Source of the DNA: Pyrinomonadaceae bacterium
Lineage (GTDB): Bacteria > Acidobacteriota > Blastocatellia > Pyrinomonadales > Pyrinomonadaceae
NCBI GenBank assembly: GCA_035273405.1
Contig: DATEPC010000108.1
Coordinates: 12,126-76,125, forward strand
Length of the DNA stretch: 64,000 nt
Direction: 5' to 3'
Shown here in pieces: positions 46,073 through 55,151 of this stretch. The position numbers and the translations under genes were made by a program. The notes beneath the pieces were generated by a model, which was not told where the DNA came from, did not search any database, and saw only the letters and a list, made by a program, of their open reading frames with translations. The stretch's first letter is position 1. Every line of letters begins with the position of its first letter.

Positions 46073-46146
46073 CTTAGTACTTTGTGCTTTGATGTCTGTT
46101 CGAAGTGAGTCGCCGTGACTGAGAAATCAAAGTACAAAGTACTAAG
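46073..46146. repeat. long AT-rich hairpin (21-bp arms, 1 mismatch)
   Basis: cttagtactttgtgctttgat ... atcaaagtacaaagtactaag. Additional gtacaaag units flank it. Confidence 0.6.
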
Positions 46147-46166
46147 AACAAAGTACAAAGCTCCAA

Positions 46167-47204
46167 ATGGAACGAGCTGAAAACATTTCGATGGCGACAT
46201 GGTCGCGCGCCACAGCACGCGAGCGAGCGCGCGGGTCTGCGAAAACATTCGCGGCCATTCTGGTTGGCAGCGCGCTTTTATCTGCGGCGTTTGCCAGTTG
46301 GGTGCCATTGACGGCGTCAATCGCGACCGTGTTTCTTTTCGCCGGTCCGCATAACTGGTTTGAGCTGCGCTACTTCCTCACCCGTCTCCCCGTGCGGTTT
46401 GGCCGCTCTCGCAACTTCTTCATCGTCGCATTCAGCGGAATTTTCGCGCTCACCATCGCTTACGTTTCGCTCCCGGCGCTTTATTACGCGAACCTTTGGT
46501 CGGGAGAGAACTGGCCGACCGCGATTGCTTCTTGGAATACGGGGCTCTTGTTATGGATTGCCGTGCTGGTCGCGATGCGCGGCAAACAAACCTCGCGACG
46601 TGATTGGTCATGGGCATTTCCGGTCGCGTTTGGCCTGTGCGCAATCAACTGGTTAGTGCCCGATCTGTTCAGTCTTGGGATCGTCTACCTACACCCACTC
46701 GTTGCGCTTTGGTTTCTTGATCGGCACTTGAGACGAACAAAGCCGGAGTGGCTGAAAACGTATCGCCGGTGTCTCATGCTTCTTCCGGTACTGTTGGCCG
46801 GCATGCTCTGGCAGCTTTCGCGCACGCCGTCGCTGGCGGAAGACAATGGGTTGTTCTGGCGCATCACGCAACACGCGGGCGCAGAGCTTCTGCCCAATGT
46901 CTCGAGCCACATGCTTGTCTCAACGCACGTGTTTCTCGAGATGCTGCACTACGGTGTCTGGATCGTGGCCTTGCCGTTGATTGGCGCAACGGGAGCAATT
47001 TGGAAGGTTAAGACGATTCCCGTCGCTGGTCACTCGCGAGGCTTTCCGAAACTGATCGCCGGCGTTCTTATCTTCAGCCTCTTTATCGTGGCGGTACTGT
47101 GGCTGGGTTTCTCATTCGATTACAACGCCACACGTGACATTTACTTCACCGTCGCGATCGCGCATGTTTTGGCTGAAGCGCCGTTTCTGTTAAGAATGAT
47201 CTGA
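46167..47204 (+). CDS. hypothetical polytopic membrane protein with conserved-looking His residues
   Basis: About 9 hydrophobic segments. His-containing blocks GPHNWFELRYF, YLHPLVALW, EMLHYGVW, IAHVLAEAPF. No family recognised. Confidence 0.45.
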   Translation: MERAENISMATWSRATARERARGSAKTFAAILVGSALLSAAFASWVPLTASIATVFLFAGPHNWFELRYFLTRLPVRFGRSRNFFIVAFSGIFALTIAYVSLPALYYANLWSGENWPTAIASWNTGLLLWIAVLVAMRGKQTSRRDWSWAFPVAFGLCAINWLVPDLFSLGIVYLHPLVALWFLDRHLRRTKPEWLKTYRRCLMLLPVLLAGMLWQLSRTPSLAEDNGLFWRITQHAGAELLPNVSSHMLVSTHVFLEMLHYGVWIVALPLIGATGAIWKVKTIPVAGHSRGFPKLIAGVLIFSLFIVAVLWLGFSFDYNATRDIYFTVAIAHVLAEAPFLLRMI

Positions 47205-47205
47205 T

Positions 47206-47279
47206 TTGGAGTGCGGCGGCTTGGCGCCGCTTAGTCTCAAGCAAAATGAAAAGCGCCGTCAAGCCGGCGCACTCCAAAA
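47206..47279. repeat. REP-K hairpin pair
   Basis: tttggagtgcggcggcttggcgccgc ... agcgccgtcaagccggcgcactccaaa. Confidence 0.6.
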
Positions 47280-47671
47280 TGTCGTCTTCCGCTCTTTGGC
47301 GTTTCCTGCCGCTTGGCTATCTGCTCACAATTCTGGTCGAAACTCCGATTCTCCTCGTCGGCCTCTCGAAACGGCATTCGATAAAACGAAGACTGTTGGC
47401 GGGGCTGTGGCTGACGGCGTGTACTTATCCCGTAGTCGTGCTCGTGTTGCCGCCGCTCTTTGAAAGTAGATCGCGCGCGGCGTACCTCGTCGTTGCTGAA
47501 ACATTCGCGCCCGTCGCGGAATGCATTCTGTTTTGGCTGGCTTACGGCACGGCGACAGAATTAGGAAAAAGTTCGATGTGGCGAGACTTCGCGGCAATCG
47601 TCGTCGCGAATCTCGCGTCGTTCGGGGCCGGCGAAGTTATGAATGCTTACAGCTGGTTTGGACTGCTCTGA
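47279..47671 (+). CDS. hypothetical small membrane protein
   Basis: Start taken at ATG 47279 (MSSSALWRF) because the first 11 codons of ORF 47246 are encoded by REP-K. Four hydrophobic segments with intramembrane Glu (LVETPILL, VAETFAPVAEC). Confidence 0.4.
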   Translation: MSSSALWRFLPLGYLLTILVETPILLVGLSKRHSIKRRLLAGLWLTACTYPVVVLVLPPLFESRSRAAYLVVAETFAPVAECILFWLAYGTATELGKSSMWRDFAAIVVANLASFGAGEVMNAYSWFGLL

Positions 47672-47913
47672 GGCTGGGGATTAGCTTGAGCCGCGCTATC
47701 CAGGTTCAAACAAACGTCACCCACGACCAATCGCGTGCGTCCGCCAGAGTCATTACCTCTTAACCGCTTGAAGAGGAAAACGAATCCGACCAACACCGCC
47801 GCCGTTATCATCAGTACGACGACTCCAATCAGAATCAGTCCGGTGATACCGGCATCAGGCGATACAGGCACACGAGGTGGAGGTACATCGAGCAGTAAGA
47901 TGTGATTAACCAT
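47647..47913 (-). CDS. possible single-pass membrane peptide
   Basis: 88-aa ORF with one strong TM (GLILIGVVVLMITAAVLVGFVFLF). Its start overlaps the upstream dehydratase stop. It may be spurious. Confidence 0.25.
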   Translation of the reverse strand: MVNHILLLDVPPPRVPVSPDAGITGLILIGVVVLMITAAVLVGFVFLFKRLRGNDSGGRTRLVVGDVCLNLDSAAQANPQPQSSPNQL

Positions 47914-48869
47914 TAGCTCTCCTTCAGCACGTCGGCGAGGACGTCACTGTCAACGTTGCCGCCGGATAATACGACGCCGACCCGCCGGCAGTTTTGCGGA
48001 AGCTTTTTCGCAAACACCGCGGCGGCCGCCGCCGCTCCTGACGGTTCAACGACCATTTTCATTCTAAACAAAATGAATTTCATCGTGGCGATGATCTCGT
48101 CGTCCGTCACGGTCAGAACTGCTTCGGCGTTCTGACGCGTGATTGGAAAAGTGAGTTCGCCGGGCTTTTGCACCCGCAATCCGTCAGCGATTGTGGGCGG
48201 TGGAGAGATCTTGACGCGCTCACCTTTGGCGATCGATTGCTGCGTGTCGTTCGCCGTGTCGGGCTCAACCGCAAAGCATCTGATGGATGGACTCAATCCC
48301 TTCGCGGCCGTGCTGACTCCGGCAAACAGCCCGCCGCCACTACAAGGCGCCAGGATGCAATCCAGGTCCGGAAATTCTTCCACCAGCTCCAGCCCGCATG
48401 TTCCCTGACCGGCCATGATCAAATAGTCGTCGTAGGCCGGGACCTGCACTAAACCTTCGCGTTCAGCGATCTCGCGGCCAAAGGCGTCGCGGTCGTCTTT
48501 GTGCCGATCGAAGACGCGGATGTCGGCGCCATAGCTGCGCATGCCGGCTACCTTCATCTTCGGCGCATCATCGGGAATGCAAACGACGGCATGCACACCT
48601 GCCTCACGTGACGCGAGCGCGACCGCCTGCGCGTGATTGCCTGAAGACACGGCGAGCACGCCCCGCTTCTTTTCGTCATCGGTGAGCGAAAGAATTCTAT
48701 TGGTCGCCCCGCGCGCTTTGAATGCGCCCGCACGTTGCAGGTTCTCGCATTTGAAGAAAACTTCGCAGTCCGCGACTGCGTTGAAAGCGCGCGAAGTCAC
48801 GACCGGCGTGCGATGCACGCGTCCGGCGATTCGTTCGGCGGCTTGGTTGATCAGATCTAATGTCAGCAT
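47913..48869 (-). CDS. PLP-dependent threonine/serine ammonia-lyase family protein
   Basis: FFKCENLQRAGAFKARGA (PLP lysine), SSGNHAQAVA and GGGLFAG. Start taken at ATG 48869 (MLTLDL) because the upstream codons are REP-encoded. Confidence 0.8.
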   Translation of the reverse strand: MLTLDLINQAAERIAGRVHRTPVVTSRAFNAVADCEVFFKCENLQRAGAFKARGATNRILSLTDDEKKRGVLAVSSGNHAQAVALASREAGVHAVVCIPDDAPKMKVAGMRSYGADIRVFDRHKDDRDAFGREIAEREGLVQVPAYDDYLIMAGQGTCGLELVEEFPDLDCILAPCSGGGLFAGVSTAAKGLSPSIRCFAVEPDTANDTQQSIAKGERVKISPPPTIADGLRVQKPGELTFPITRQNAEAVLTVTDDEIIATMKFILFRMKMVVEPSGAAAAAAVFAKKLPQNCRRVGVVLSGGNVDSDVLADVLKES

Positions 48870-48881
48870 ATGCGATATGAG

Positions 48882-49017
48882 GTCAGCACCGGGAGCGGTA
48901 GCGACCCGGGTCATTGTTCAAGCTTCGAAATCTAGATCGCCAACATTGCGACCCGCTCGCTACCACCACCCCCCGCGGGCTGCCCGCGCGGGGACCCCGG
49001 TCCGCTCCCGGTACTGA
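48882..49017. repeat. cluster of REP-A-like copies spanning the lipB 3' end
   Basis: gtcagcaccgggagcggtagcgacccggg; gcgacccgctcgctaccaccacc; gaccccggtccgctcccggtactgac. Confidence 0.5.
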
Positions 49018-49660
49018 CCTCATCCATCTCGAACACCTCCGCGAATCGTTCCGCGATGCGATCTTCTACTTCGCTCAATTCCACTTCCCGTCCCAGCAAC
49101 TCTTTCATTGAAGTTACGGGCTCGCCTTCACAGGCGACGATCAGATTGAAGTAACTCAAATCGGTATTCACATTCAGGGCAAAGCCGTGCGTCGTTATCC
49201 AGCGCGCGATGTGCACGCCGATGGCCGCGAGCTTCCCGCGCGGCGTATGCACCCCTGTCAACCCGGAAATCCGAAATGTTTCGATACCGAAGTCGCGCAT
49301 CGTGCGAATCAGCACTTCTTCCAAATCGCGGACGAAGCGGTGCACGTCTTTGCGGTCCGGACTCAGGTTGATGATCGGATATCCGACGACCTGGCCCAAC
49401 CCGTGATAGGTCGCTTTACCGCCGCGGTTTGTTTCAAAGACTGTGACGCCGCGCGCCTGCAACTCTTCATCCCGAGCGATGATCGCGCCCGGCGCCGAGC
49501 GTCGCCCCATAGTCAGCACATGCGGATGCTCGAGCAAAAGCAGCGTGTCTGGCTGTTGGCCGGCCAACACTTCGCGCTCGCAAGCTTTCTGAATATCCAG
49601 CGCTGCGCCGTACTCGACGCGGCCGAGGCGCTCAACTTTCAGATTTCGCCGTTCGCTCAT
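48932..49660 (-). CDS. lipB: lipoyl(octanoyl) transferase LipB
   Basis: LLLEHPHVLTMGR, RGGKATYHGLGQVVGYPI, KLAAIGV. The C-terminal 25 or so aa (STGSGPGSPRGQPAGGGGSERVAMLAI) are encoded by REP-like sequence. Confidence 0.85.
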   Translation of the reverse strand: MSERRNLKVERLGRVEYGAALDIQKACEREVLAGQQPDTLLLLEHPHVLTMGRRSAPGAIIARDEELQARGVTVFETNRGGKATYHGLGQVVGYPIINLSPDRKDVHRFVRDLEEVLIRTMRDFGIETFRISGLTGVHTPRGKLAAIGVHIARWITTHGFALNVNTDLSYFNLIVACEGEPVTSMKELLGREVELSEVEDRIAERFAEVFEMDEVSTGSGPGSPRGQPAGGGGSERVAMLAI

Positions 49661-49719
49661 TGACAGAGTAGAATCGCGATTGTACCGCACCGCAGTTTTT
49701 AGTGACGACCGGAGGAAAC

Positions 49720-50247
49720 ATGAATCGTCTTGTAATTATCGCCGCCGCTTGTATGTTGCTTTTGCCCATCACCGCATTTAGCCAAACCCGCACCCGTCGA
49801 AGCATTACTCCAAAGCGATCAACCACGCAAACGTCCACGGCTGATCAAGCCGCGGAAATCCGCATGGCCGGCGCTACGAAAGTTGCCGACCAGGTGAAGA
49901 TTCTGACGAGATTCCTGTATCTGCTTGGCGGAGTCGCCAAAGGAATCGAGCAGATCGATGAAGCGGCGAAGAAGAACGAAGCGTCGCCCACCGCTCTCCA
50001 GCAGAACGAGCAGAACAAAACAACCGTGAAAACCAGTCTGCGCAACGTGCGCGAAGGTCTCGATGCTTTGGAGATTTACTTTCGGAGCACGCCCGGATTA
50101 CAGAGCTATTATCTGAGACTCGCGGGTTCAGCCTCCGGTGCTGCCGACGCCGAGGCTCAAGCGGCCATGGGACAGTTCGATCAATCAGGACGCACGCTGC
50201 TCGGCGTCGTCAACCGTTTGACCGACGTTCTCTTGATCATGAGATGA
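49720..50247 (+). CDS. hypothetical secreted protein
   Basis: ATG 49720 follows GGAGGA. Signal peptide ends AFSQ. The mature part looks helical. Confidence 0.45.
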   Translation: MNRLVIIAAACMLLLPITAFSQTRTRRSITPKRSTTQTSTADQAAEIRMAGATKVADQVKILTRFLYLLGGVAKGIEQIDEAAKKNEASPTALQQNEQNKTTVKTSLRNVREGLDALEIYFRSTPGLQSYYLRLAGSASGAADAEAQAAMGQFDQSGRTLLGVVNRLTDVLLIMR

Positions 50248-50248
50248 G

Positions 50249-50338
50249 GTCAGAACCCGCTGCGGTAGCGGCGGGTTGATCTCGCGTTAAGTAACTGGAT
50301 TCACAGTTCAACGGCCCGCTACCGCAGGCCGTTCTGAC
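50249..50338. repeat. REP-A inverted doublet
   Basis: gtcagaacccgctgcggtagcggcgggttga and tcaacggcccgctaccgcaggccgttctgac. Confidence 0.75.
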
Positions 50339-50362
50339 TTCCAGGCGTCAGTTCATTCCGCT

Positions 50363-51475
50363 ATGGAACATTCTTTGGTAAAAATCTCGGTAGCTTTGCT
50401 GTTGGCGCTGCTCGTTTCCTCCAGCGCTGCGACGCAACCAGCACAGACAGATCAGCTCTCACTCAACCAATCACAGGCTTCGCATTTCGCGCGCCTCGCT
50501 TTGAAGTGTGTCCGAAAAGAATTTCCGCAAAAGCTCGATCACACCATGAACGATGCGTCAGAGGTTCGCAATCCAAAACAACTGCATCCGGCGTTCTATG
50601 GTTGCTTTGATTGGCATTCAACGGTGCACGGCCACTGGATGCTCGTACATCTGCTAAAAACGTTTCCCGCTCTTCCGGAAGGGCGCCAGATTCGCGAGGC
50701 TCTGGACGACAACCTGAGCGCGAAGAACATCGCGGCTGAAGTCGCTTATCTAAATCAAAAAAGCCGCGCCTCGTTCGAACGGACCTACGGTTGGGCCTGG
50801 CTTCTGAAGTTGGCGGAGGAGCTGCACGGCTGGAACGACGAAGACGGTCGAGAGTGGTCAAGGAATCTTCAGCCGCTGGCCGATACCTTTGCTGAGAGAT
50901 ACCTTGCGTTTCTGCCGAAACAGAATTATCCAATCCGCACCGGCGTGCATCCGAATACGGCGTTCGGTCTCGCGTTCGCGCTCGACTACGCGCGCGCGGT
51001 AGGAAATCGAAAGTTGGAGACGCTGATCACTGAGCGCAGCCGAACGTACTTTGGAGGCGACATAAATTACCCGGGCGCCTGGGAGCCGGGTGGCGAAGAC
51101 TTCTTTTCCGCGGCGCTGATGGAAGCCGACTTAATGCGACGTGTAATGAAGGGAAGAGAATTCGCCGTGTGGTTTCGAAGGTTTCTGCCAGGCGTCGCGC
51201 GCAATCAACCAAAAGCCCTGCTGGAACCGGCGATTGTCACCGACCGCACCGATCCGAAGCTTGTGCACCTCGACGGTTTGAATCTCAGTCGCGCCTGGTG
51301 CATGCGCAGCATCGCCATTGCTTTACCGCGCAACGATCCGGCTAAGGCCGTGCTCGCTCGTTCAGCGACCGCGCACGCGCAAGCCGCCCTGCCGCACGTC
51401 GCCAGCGGTAGTTATGAAGGCGAACATTGGCTCGCCTCGTTCGCGGTTTACATGCTAACTACCGCCGCGCCGTAA
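50363..51475 (+). CDS. DUF2891-like secreted protein
   Basis: Signal peptide present. HPAFYGCFDWHSTVHGHWMLVHLL recalled as DUF2891-like. The family assignment comes from memory only. Confidence 0.5.
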   Translation: MEHSLVKISVALLLALLVSSSAATQPAQTDQLSLNQSQASHFARLALKCVRKEFPQKLDHTMNDASEVRNPKQLHPAFYGCFDWHSTVHGHWMLVHLLKTFPALPEGRQIREALDDNLSAKNIAAEVAYLNQKSRASFERTYGWAWLLKLAEELHGWNDEDGREWSRNLQPLADTFAERYLAFLPKQNYPIRTGVHPNTAFGLAFALDYARAVGNRKLETLITERSRTYFGGDINYPGAWEPGGEDFFSAALMEADLMRRVMKGREFAVWFRRFLPGVARNQPKALLEPAIVTDRTDPKLVHLDGLNLSRAWCMRSIAIALPRNDPAKAVLARSATAHAQAALPHVASGSYEGEHWLASFAVYMLTTAAP

Positions 51476-51492
51476 ATTACCACCAGCAGCAG

Positions 51493-52119
51493 TTACGGTT
51501 TGAATTCTTTCCGCAGCCTCTCTTCATAGGCCGCCCGGCGTTCCTGCTGAGCCTTTAGCGGGGAATCGAGAATTGACACTGATAGCTGGCCGCGCAAGTT
51601 CACGTTTGCAGCCTTCAGTTGAAACCCGTCGCACTTCAAACTTTTTTGGGTCGTGAGGTTCGGCTCCGCCGCCCAATCTGTCGCCGGTGGCAGCTTGAAC
51701 GTATCAGCAAGCTTGGTAATCCATTCGTCAACGTTCTTCCACGAGGGCGCACTTGGTGGCGACGCATATTGGACATCGTACTCGCGCACCCGCCCGTCAA
51801 AAAACGTGAATTCGAACATCGTAATCCCGGCAAATCGATCTCTCGTGGGATAGTTTTCTGGAGTGACAACGATACGGACCAGGCCGAAACGCGGGAATTT
51901 GTCGGCCTCGCCGATTGCCGGCTTGATGTATTCGTTTTCAGCGCTGCCCGGAAACAACGCCAATACTTCATCAATCTTCATCCCCAGTTTTACGCCCCTT
52001 ATTTCCGGCGCCTTTGCGATTGATAAGGTGCATGAAGATTTGGCTTGCAGCGTCGTCGTCTGGCCGTAGGTCGCAACCGGTGCCAGGACGCATAGGGTTG
52101 CCAGAAAAATTCGTTTCAT
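51493..52119 (-). CDS. hypothetical secreted protein
   Basis: Signal peptide (MKRIFLATLCVLAPVATYGQ). No domain recognised. Confidence 0.45.
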   Translation of the reverse strand: MKRIFLATLCVLAPVATYGQTTTLQAKSSCTLSIAKAPEIRGVKLGMKIDEVLALFPGSAENEYIKPAIGEADKFPRFGLVRIVVTPENYPTRDRFAGITMFEFTFFDGRVREYDVQYASPPSAPSWKNVDEWITKLADTFKLPPATDWAAEPNLTTQKSLKCDGFQLKAANVNLRGQLSVSILDSPLKAQQERRAAYEERLRKEFKP

Positions 52120-52337
52120 ACCCTCTCCTTCGAAAGCTGCACGCGTAGCGCGGCTTATGAAATGAAACTCACTCTAAAGTCAGTACTACACAATCAGACG
52201 CGTTCATTTCCAAAACGGTTACAAACGTAATTTGCATTCGGCAAAAGAGACTCGAACCGGGGTTGAGACCCTGTGGATGCAGAAGTTTCAGTGGGGGGCG
52301 GTTATAATGAAGCCACTCAGTTATTACAAGGAGCTCA

Positions 52338-54368
52338 ATGCGAACTGACGCTACGAAACACAGGTCTGGCATGGTGAAATTTAAGGGCCGCATACTTTTT
52401 CTGACTGAAGACACTTCGCTAATCCGTCGCCAATTAGAAGCCAACGGCGACGAAGCGCAGAGGCTTGAAGATGAGTTAGCGGCGCGACTCGCGAACGACG
52501 ATCTGCCGCTCATGAACAACATTTCGACCGACGAGATCACGCCGGGTTGGGTTTGTTTTCATTACGACGAGACTCTGGGCGAGTACGTTTACGTCGGCAT
52601 GCGCGATGCCGCGGTGCGGAAGGATGAAGTGAAGAACGGCGGATTCGCCGTCGTCGTCTCAGGTTTGTCGAAAGGCTGTGGCTCGTCACGCGAGACGGCG
52701 CCATACGCCGAGAAGTGGTCCGGCGTTCAGCTCGTCATCGCCCAGAGCATCGAAAAGATTTACGGACAGAACTCGCAAAACATCGGCCTGCTGACTTCGA
52801 CTGACTTCGGGCTGATCGATCGCGTTCGTCGTGGCGAAGAGATTCCGCTTGGCGAATTCACTAAAGGCCTCGATCCAATTTCAAAGAACATTGTTGAGTA
52901 CGGCGGGTTGTTCAATTACAACAAAGCGCGTCTGGCCGGCGAAGTTTCGCCGCCGCCATTGTCAGAACCAACTGCGTCAGCGGGTGGGTTAAAGCGGCGC
53001 CCGATGAACATCGTCGAAAAAATCATCGCGCGTCACGCCTTCGTTAAAGCGGGAACGGTAGGCGTTGAGTCAGTCAAACCCGGCGATGCCTTGTTCGCTG
53101 TCGCCGACGTTCGCTTTTCGCATGAATACGTGACGCCAATGGCCGCTTCGCTTTTGACTCAGGCGCTCGGACCTGATGCGCGAGTGACCGAACCGCAGTC
53201 AGTCTTCGCGTTTCGCGATCACCTGACCTTTCTCAATAAAGTCATGTCGCCAAAACATCGCGAGATGGGCCTGCTCGAAAAAGCCGACGGCCTGGCGACG
53301 ACTCAAGAGACTTTCACCACGAAGCAAGGCATCAAGCTTTACGGCGAGAATCCCGACGGAGGATCGGAAGCAATCTGTCACAACGCGGTGGTTGAGGATC
53401 TCGCTTTGCCGGGACAGATCGTAATTGGCACCGACTCGCACACATGCATGGCGGGCGTGCTCGGCTGCTTCGCGTTCGGGGTCGGTTCAACCGACATGGC
53501 GAACGCCTGGTACACGAAAGACATTCGCATTCGCGTGCCCGAAACCGTTAAGTACGTTTTGATGGGAAAGAAGCGCGCGGACGTCACGGCGAAAGACGTG
53601 ATGCTCTACATTCTCGCGACCGATTACATGAAAACGAGTCGGGGTATCGGCAAAGTCCTGGAGTTCGCGGGCGACGATTTGATGAACTGGCCGATGGATG
53701 AGCGTGCGACGCTGACGAACATGTCAGTCGAAGCCGGAGGCACCACCGGTATCATTGAACCCGACGAAGCGACACTGGCTTACATCGTGACCATGCGCGG
53801 TCTGGACGCTGAAACCGTGCGTGAAGGATTTGTTTACAGCGACCCGGATGCCGAATACGCCGCCGTGTTCGAAATCGATTTAGACAAAATCAGGCCGATG
53901 GTGGCTTTGCCCGGCGATCCTCGCAACGGCATTCCGATCGACGAGCTGGCGGAAGAAGTGCGCATCGATGCCGCGTACGGCGGCAGCTGCACCGGCGGCA
54001 AGATGGCCGACATGGACATGTACGCGACGGTTTTGCAGCACGCCCTCGTCCAGGGAAAACATGTTGCACCAGGCGTTCATCTCTATCTGCAATTTGGATC
54101 GCAGAAGATCAAGCAGTACGCGCGTCGCAAGGGATATATAGAAATCTTTGAAAAGGCCGGTGCGGAACTGATCGATCCGAGTTGCGGCGCTTGCATCAAC
54201 GCCGGCCCCGGCGCTTCGCCTTCGGCTGAAACAGTTACCGTCAGCGCGCAGAATCGAAACTTTCCCGGCCGCAGTGGGCCAGGCAAACTCTATCTCGCGT
54301 CTCCTTATGTGGTAGCGGCTTCGGCGATTGCCGGAAAGATTGTCGAGCCGGATGAGTTTCTGAATTGA
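52338..54368 (+). CDS. aconitase-family hydro-lyase with N-terminal swivel (LeuD-like) domain fused to LeuC-like catalytic domains
   Basis: The N-terminal part has NISTDEITPG and GCGSSRETAPYA...VIAQSIEKIYGQNSQNIGLL (small-subunit motifs). After a linker comes MNIVEKIIARHA, followed by Fe-S ligand motifs GTDSHTCMAG, GGSCTGGKM and PSCGACINAG. Confidence 0.8.
   Translation: MRTDATKHRSGMVKFKGRILFLTEDTSLIRRQLEANGDEAQRLEDELAARLANDDLPLMNNISTDEITPGWVCFHYDETLGEYVYVGMRDAAVRKDEVKNGGFAVVVSGLSKGCGSSRETAPYAEKWSGVQLVIAQSIEKIYGQNSQNIGLLTSTDFGLIDRVRRGEEIPLGEFTKGLDPISKNIVEYGGLFNYNKARLAGEVSPPPLSEPTASAGGLKRRPMNIVEKIIARHAFVKAGTVGVESVKPGDALFAVADVRFSHEYVTPMAASLLTQALGPDARVTEPQSVFAFRDHLTFLNKVMSPKHREMGLLEKADGLATTQETFTTKQGIKLYGENPDGGSEAICHNAVVEDLALPGQIVIGTDSHTCMAGVLGCFAFGVGSTDMANAWYTKDIRIRVPETVKYVLMGKKRADVTAKDVMLYILATDYMKTSRGIGKVLEFAGDDLMNWPMDERATLTNMSVEAGGTTGIIEPDEATLAYIVTMRGLDAETVREGFVYSDPDAEYAAVFEIDLDKIRPMVALPGDPRNGIPIDELAEEVRIDAAYGGSCTGGKMADMDMYATVLQHALVQGKHVAPGVHLYLQFGSQKIKQYARRKGYIEIFEKAGAELIDPSCGACINAGPGASPSAETVTVSAQNRNFPGRSGPGKLYLASPYVVAASAIAGKIVEPDEFLN
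52961..52992. repeat. REP-A-like copy inside the aconitase-family CDS (linker region, in frame)
   Basis: gtcagaaccaactgcgtcagcgggtgggttaa, compared with intergenic gtcagtaccacctgcgacagcgggtgggtga at 55112-55143. Confidence 0.6.
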
Positions 54369-54386
54369 AGAGGGAGAAAGATCATT

Positions 54387-55070
54387 ATGTTGAGAACGCT
54401 TCTTTTCACACTCGCGTTGGTTGCGATCTCTTTAACTTCGTTTGCGGAAGTTCGCGCGCAATCGGACGAAAAGAAGTTCGAGGTTGGCGGTCAGTTTTCG
54501 ATAATGCGGATGGAAACACGTTCCATAAATCCGGGCTTTGGCACGACTATCAGCACCGGCCATGAGAACGTGTTCGGATTGGGTGGCCGCGTGGGTTACA
54601 ACTTTTCGAAATACTTTGCCGCCGAGGCCGAACTCAACTTCTTTCCGCAAGACGACGACGTGAAGGCCGGCCGCAAGATTCAGGGCTTGTTCGGAGTCAA
54701 AGCTGGCAAGCGTTTCGATAAGGTGGGAGTGTTTGCCAAGGCGCGACCTGGATTCATTCGATACGAGAAAGGTGATTACGAATTCGCCAGCGGCGTGGTC
54801 TGCGTGCTGATCTTCCCACCGCCCCTCGCTTGCATGAATCCCGTTGCACGTACCAACTTTGCGATCGATCTCGGCGGCGTGGTCGAAGTTTATCCATCGA
54901 AACGCACCATCATCAGGTTTGACGCGGGAGACACCATCGTGCGGTTTCCCGCGCGTTCAGTGGCGGCGCCAGACCCTGACTTCGGGCCCGGCGTTTTGTT
55001 TGCGGTTCCAGTCGCGGCAGAGACGAAACATCAATTTCAGGCGAGTGTTGGTTTTGGATTTCGTTTCTGA
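54387..55070 (+). CDS. outer-membrane beta-barrel protein
   Basis: Signal peptide ending VRAQ, alternating beta-strand pattern, and C-terminal GFGFRF (terminal Phe). Confidence 0.55.
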   Translation: MLRTLLFTLALVAISLTSFAEVRAQSDEKKFEVGGQFSIMRMETRSINPGFGTTISTGHENVFGLGGRVGYNFSKYFAAEAELNFFPQDDDVKAGRKIQGLFGVKAGKRFDKVGVFAKARPGFIRYEKGDYEFASGVVCVLIFPPPLACMNPVARTNFAIDLGGVVEVYPSKRTIIRFDAGDTIVRFPARSVAAPDPDFGPGVLFAVPVAAETKHQFQASVGFGFRF

Positions 55071-55111
55071 GGAGCGCCTTTTACAGATTGTGCCGATTAC
55101 TTCGCTATGAA

Positions 55112-55143
55112 GTCAGTACCACCTGCGACAGCGGGTGGGTGAT
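55112..55143. repeat. REP-A copy between convergent genes
   Basis: gtcagtaccacctgcgacagcgggtgggtga. Confidence 0.65.
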
Positions 55144-55151
55144 CTCTGGTC

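Noticed and set aside
52290-52305. TATAAT box (ggcggttataatgaag) as the promoter of the aconitase-family gene
   Set aside because: No convincing -35 element lies at the right spacing, and promoter consensus for this lineage is uncertain. It is too weak to list as a feature.
52338-54368. Splitting the aconitase-family ORF into separate leuD-like and leuC-like genes at ATG 53004
   Set aside because: There is no stop codon between the two parts in the given sequence, so the frame is continuous through the linker. The fusion is kept as a single CDS and flagged as a finding.
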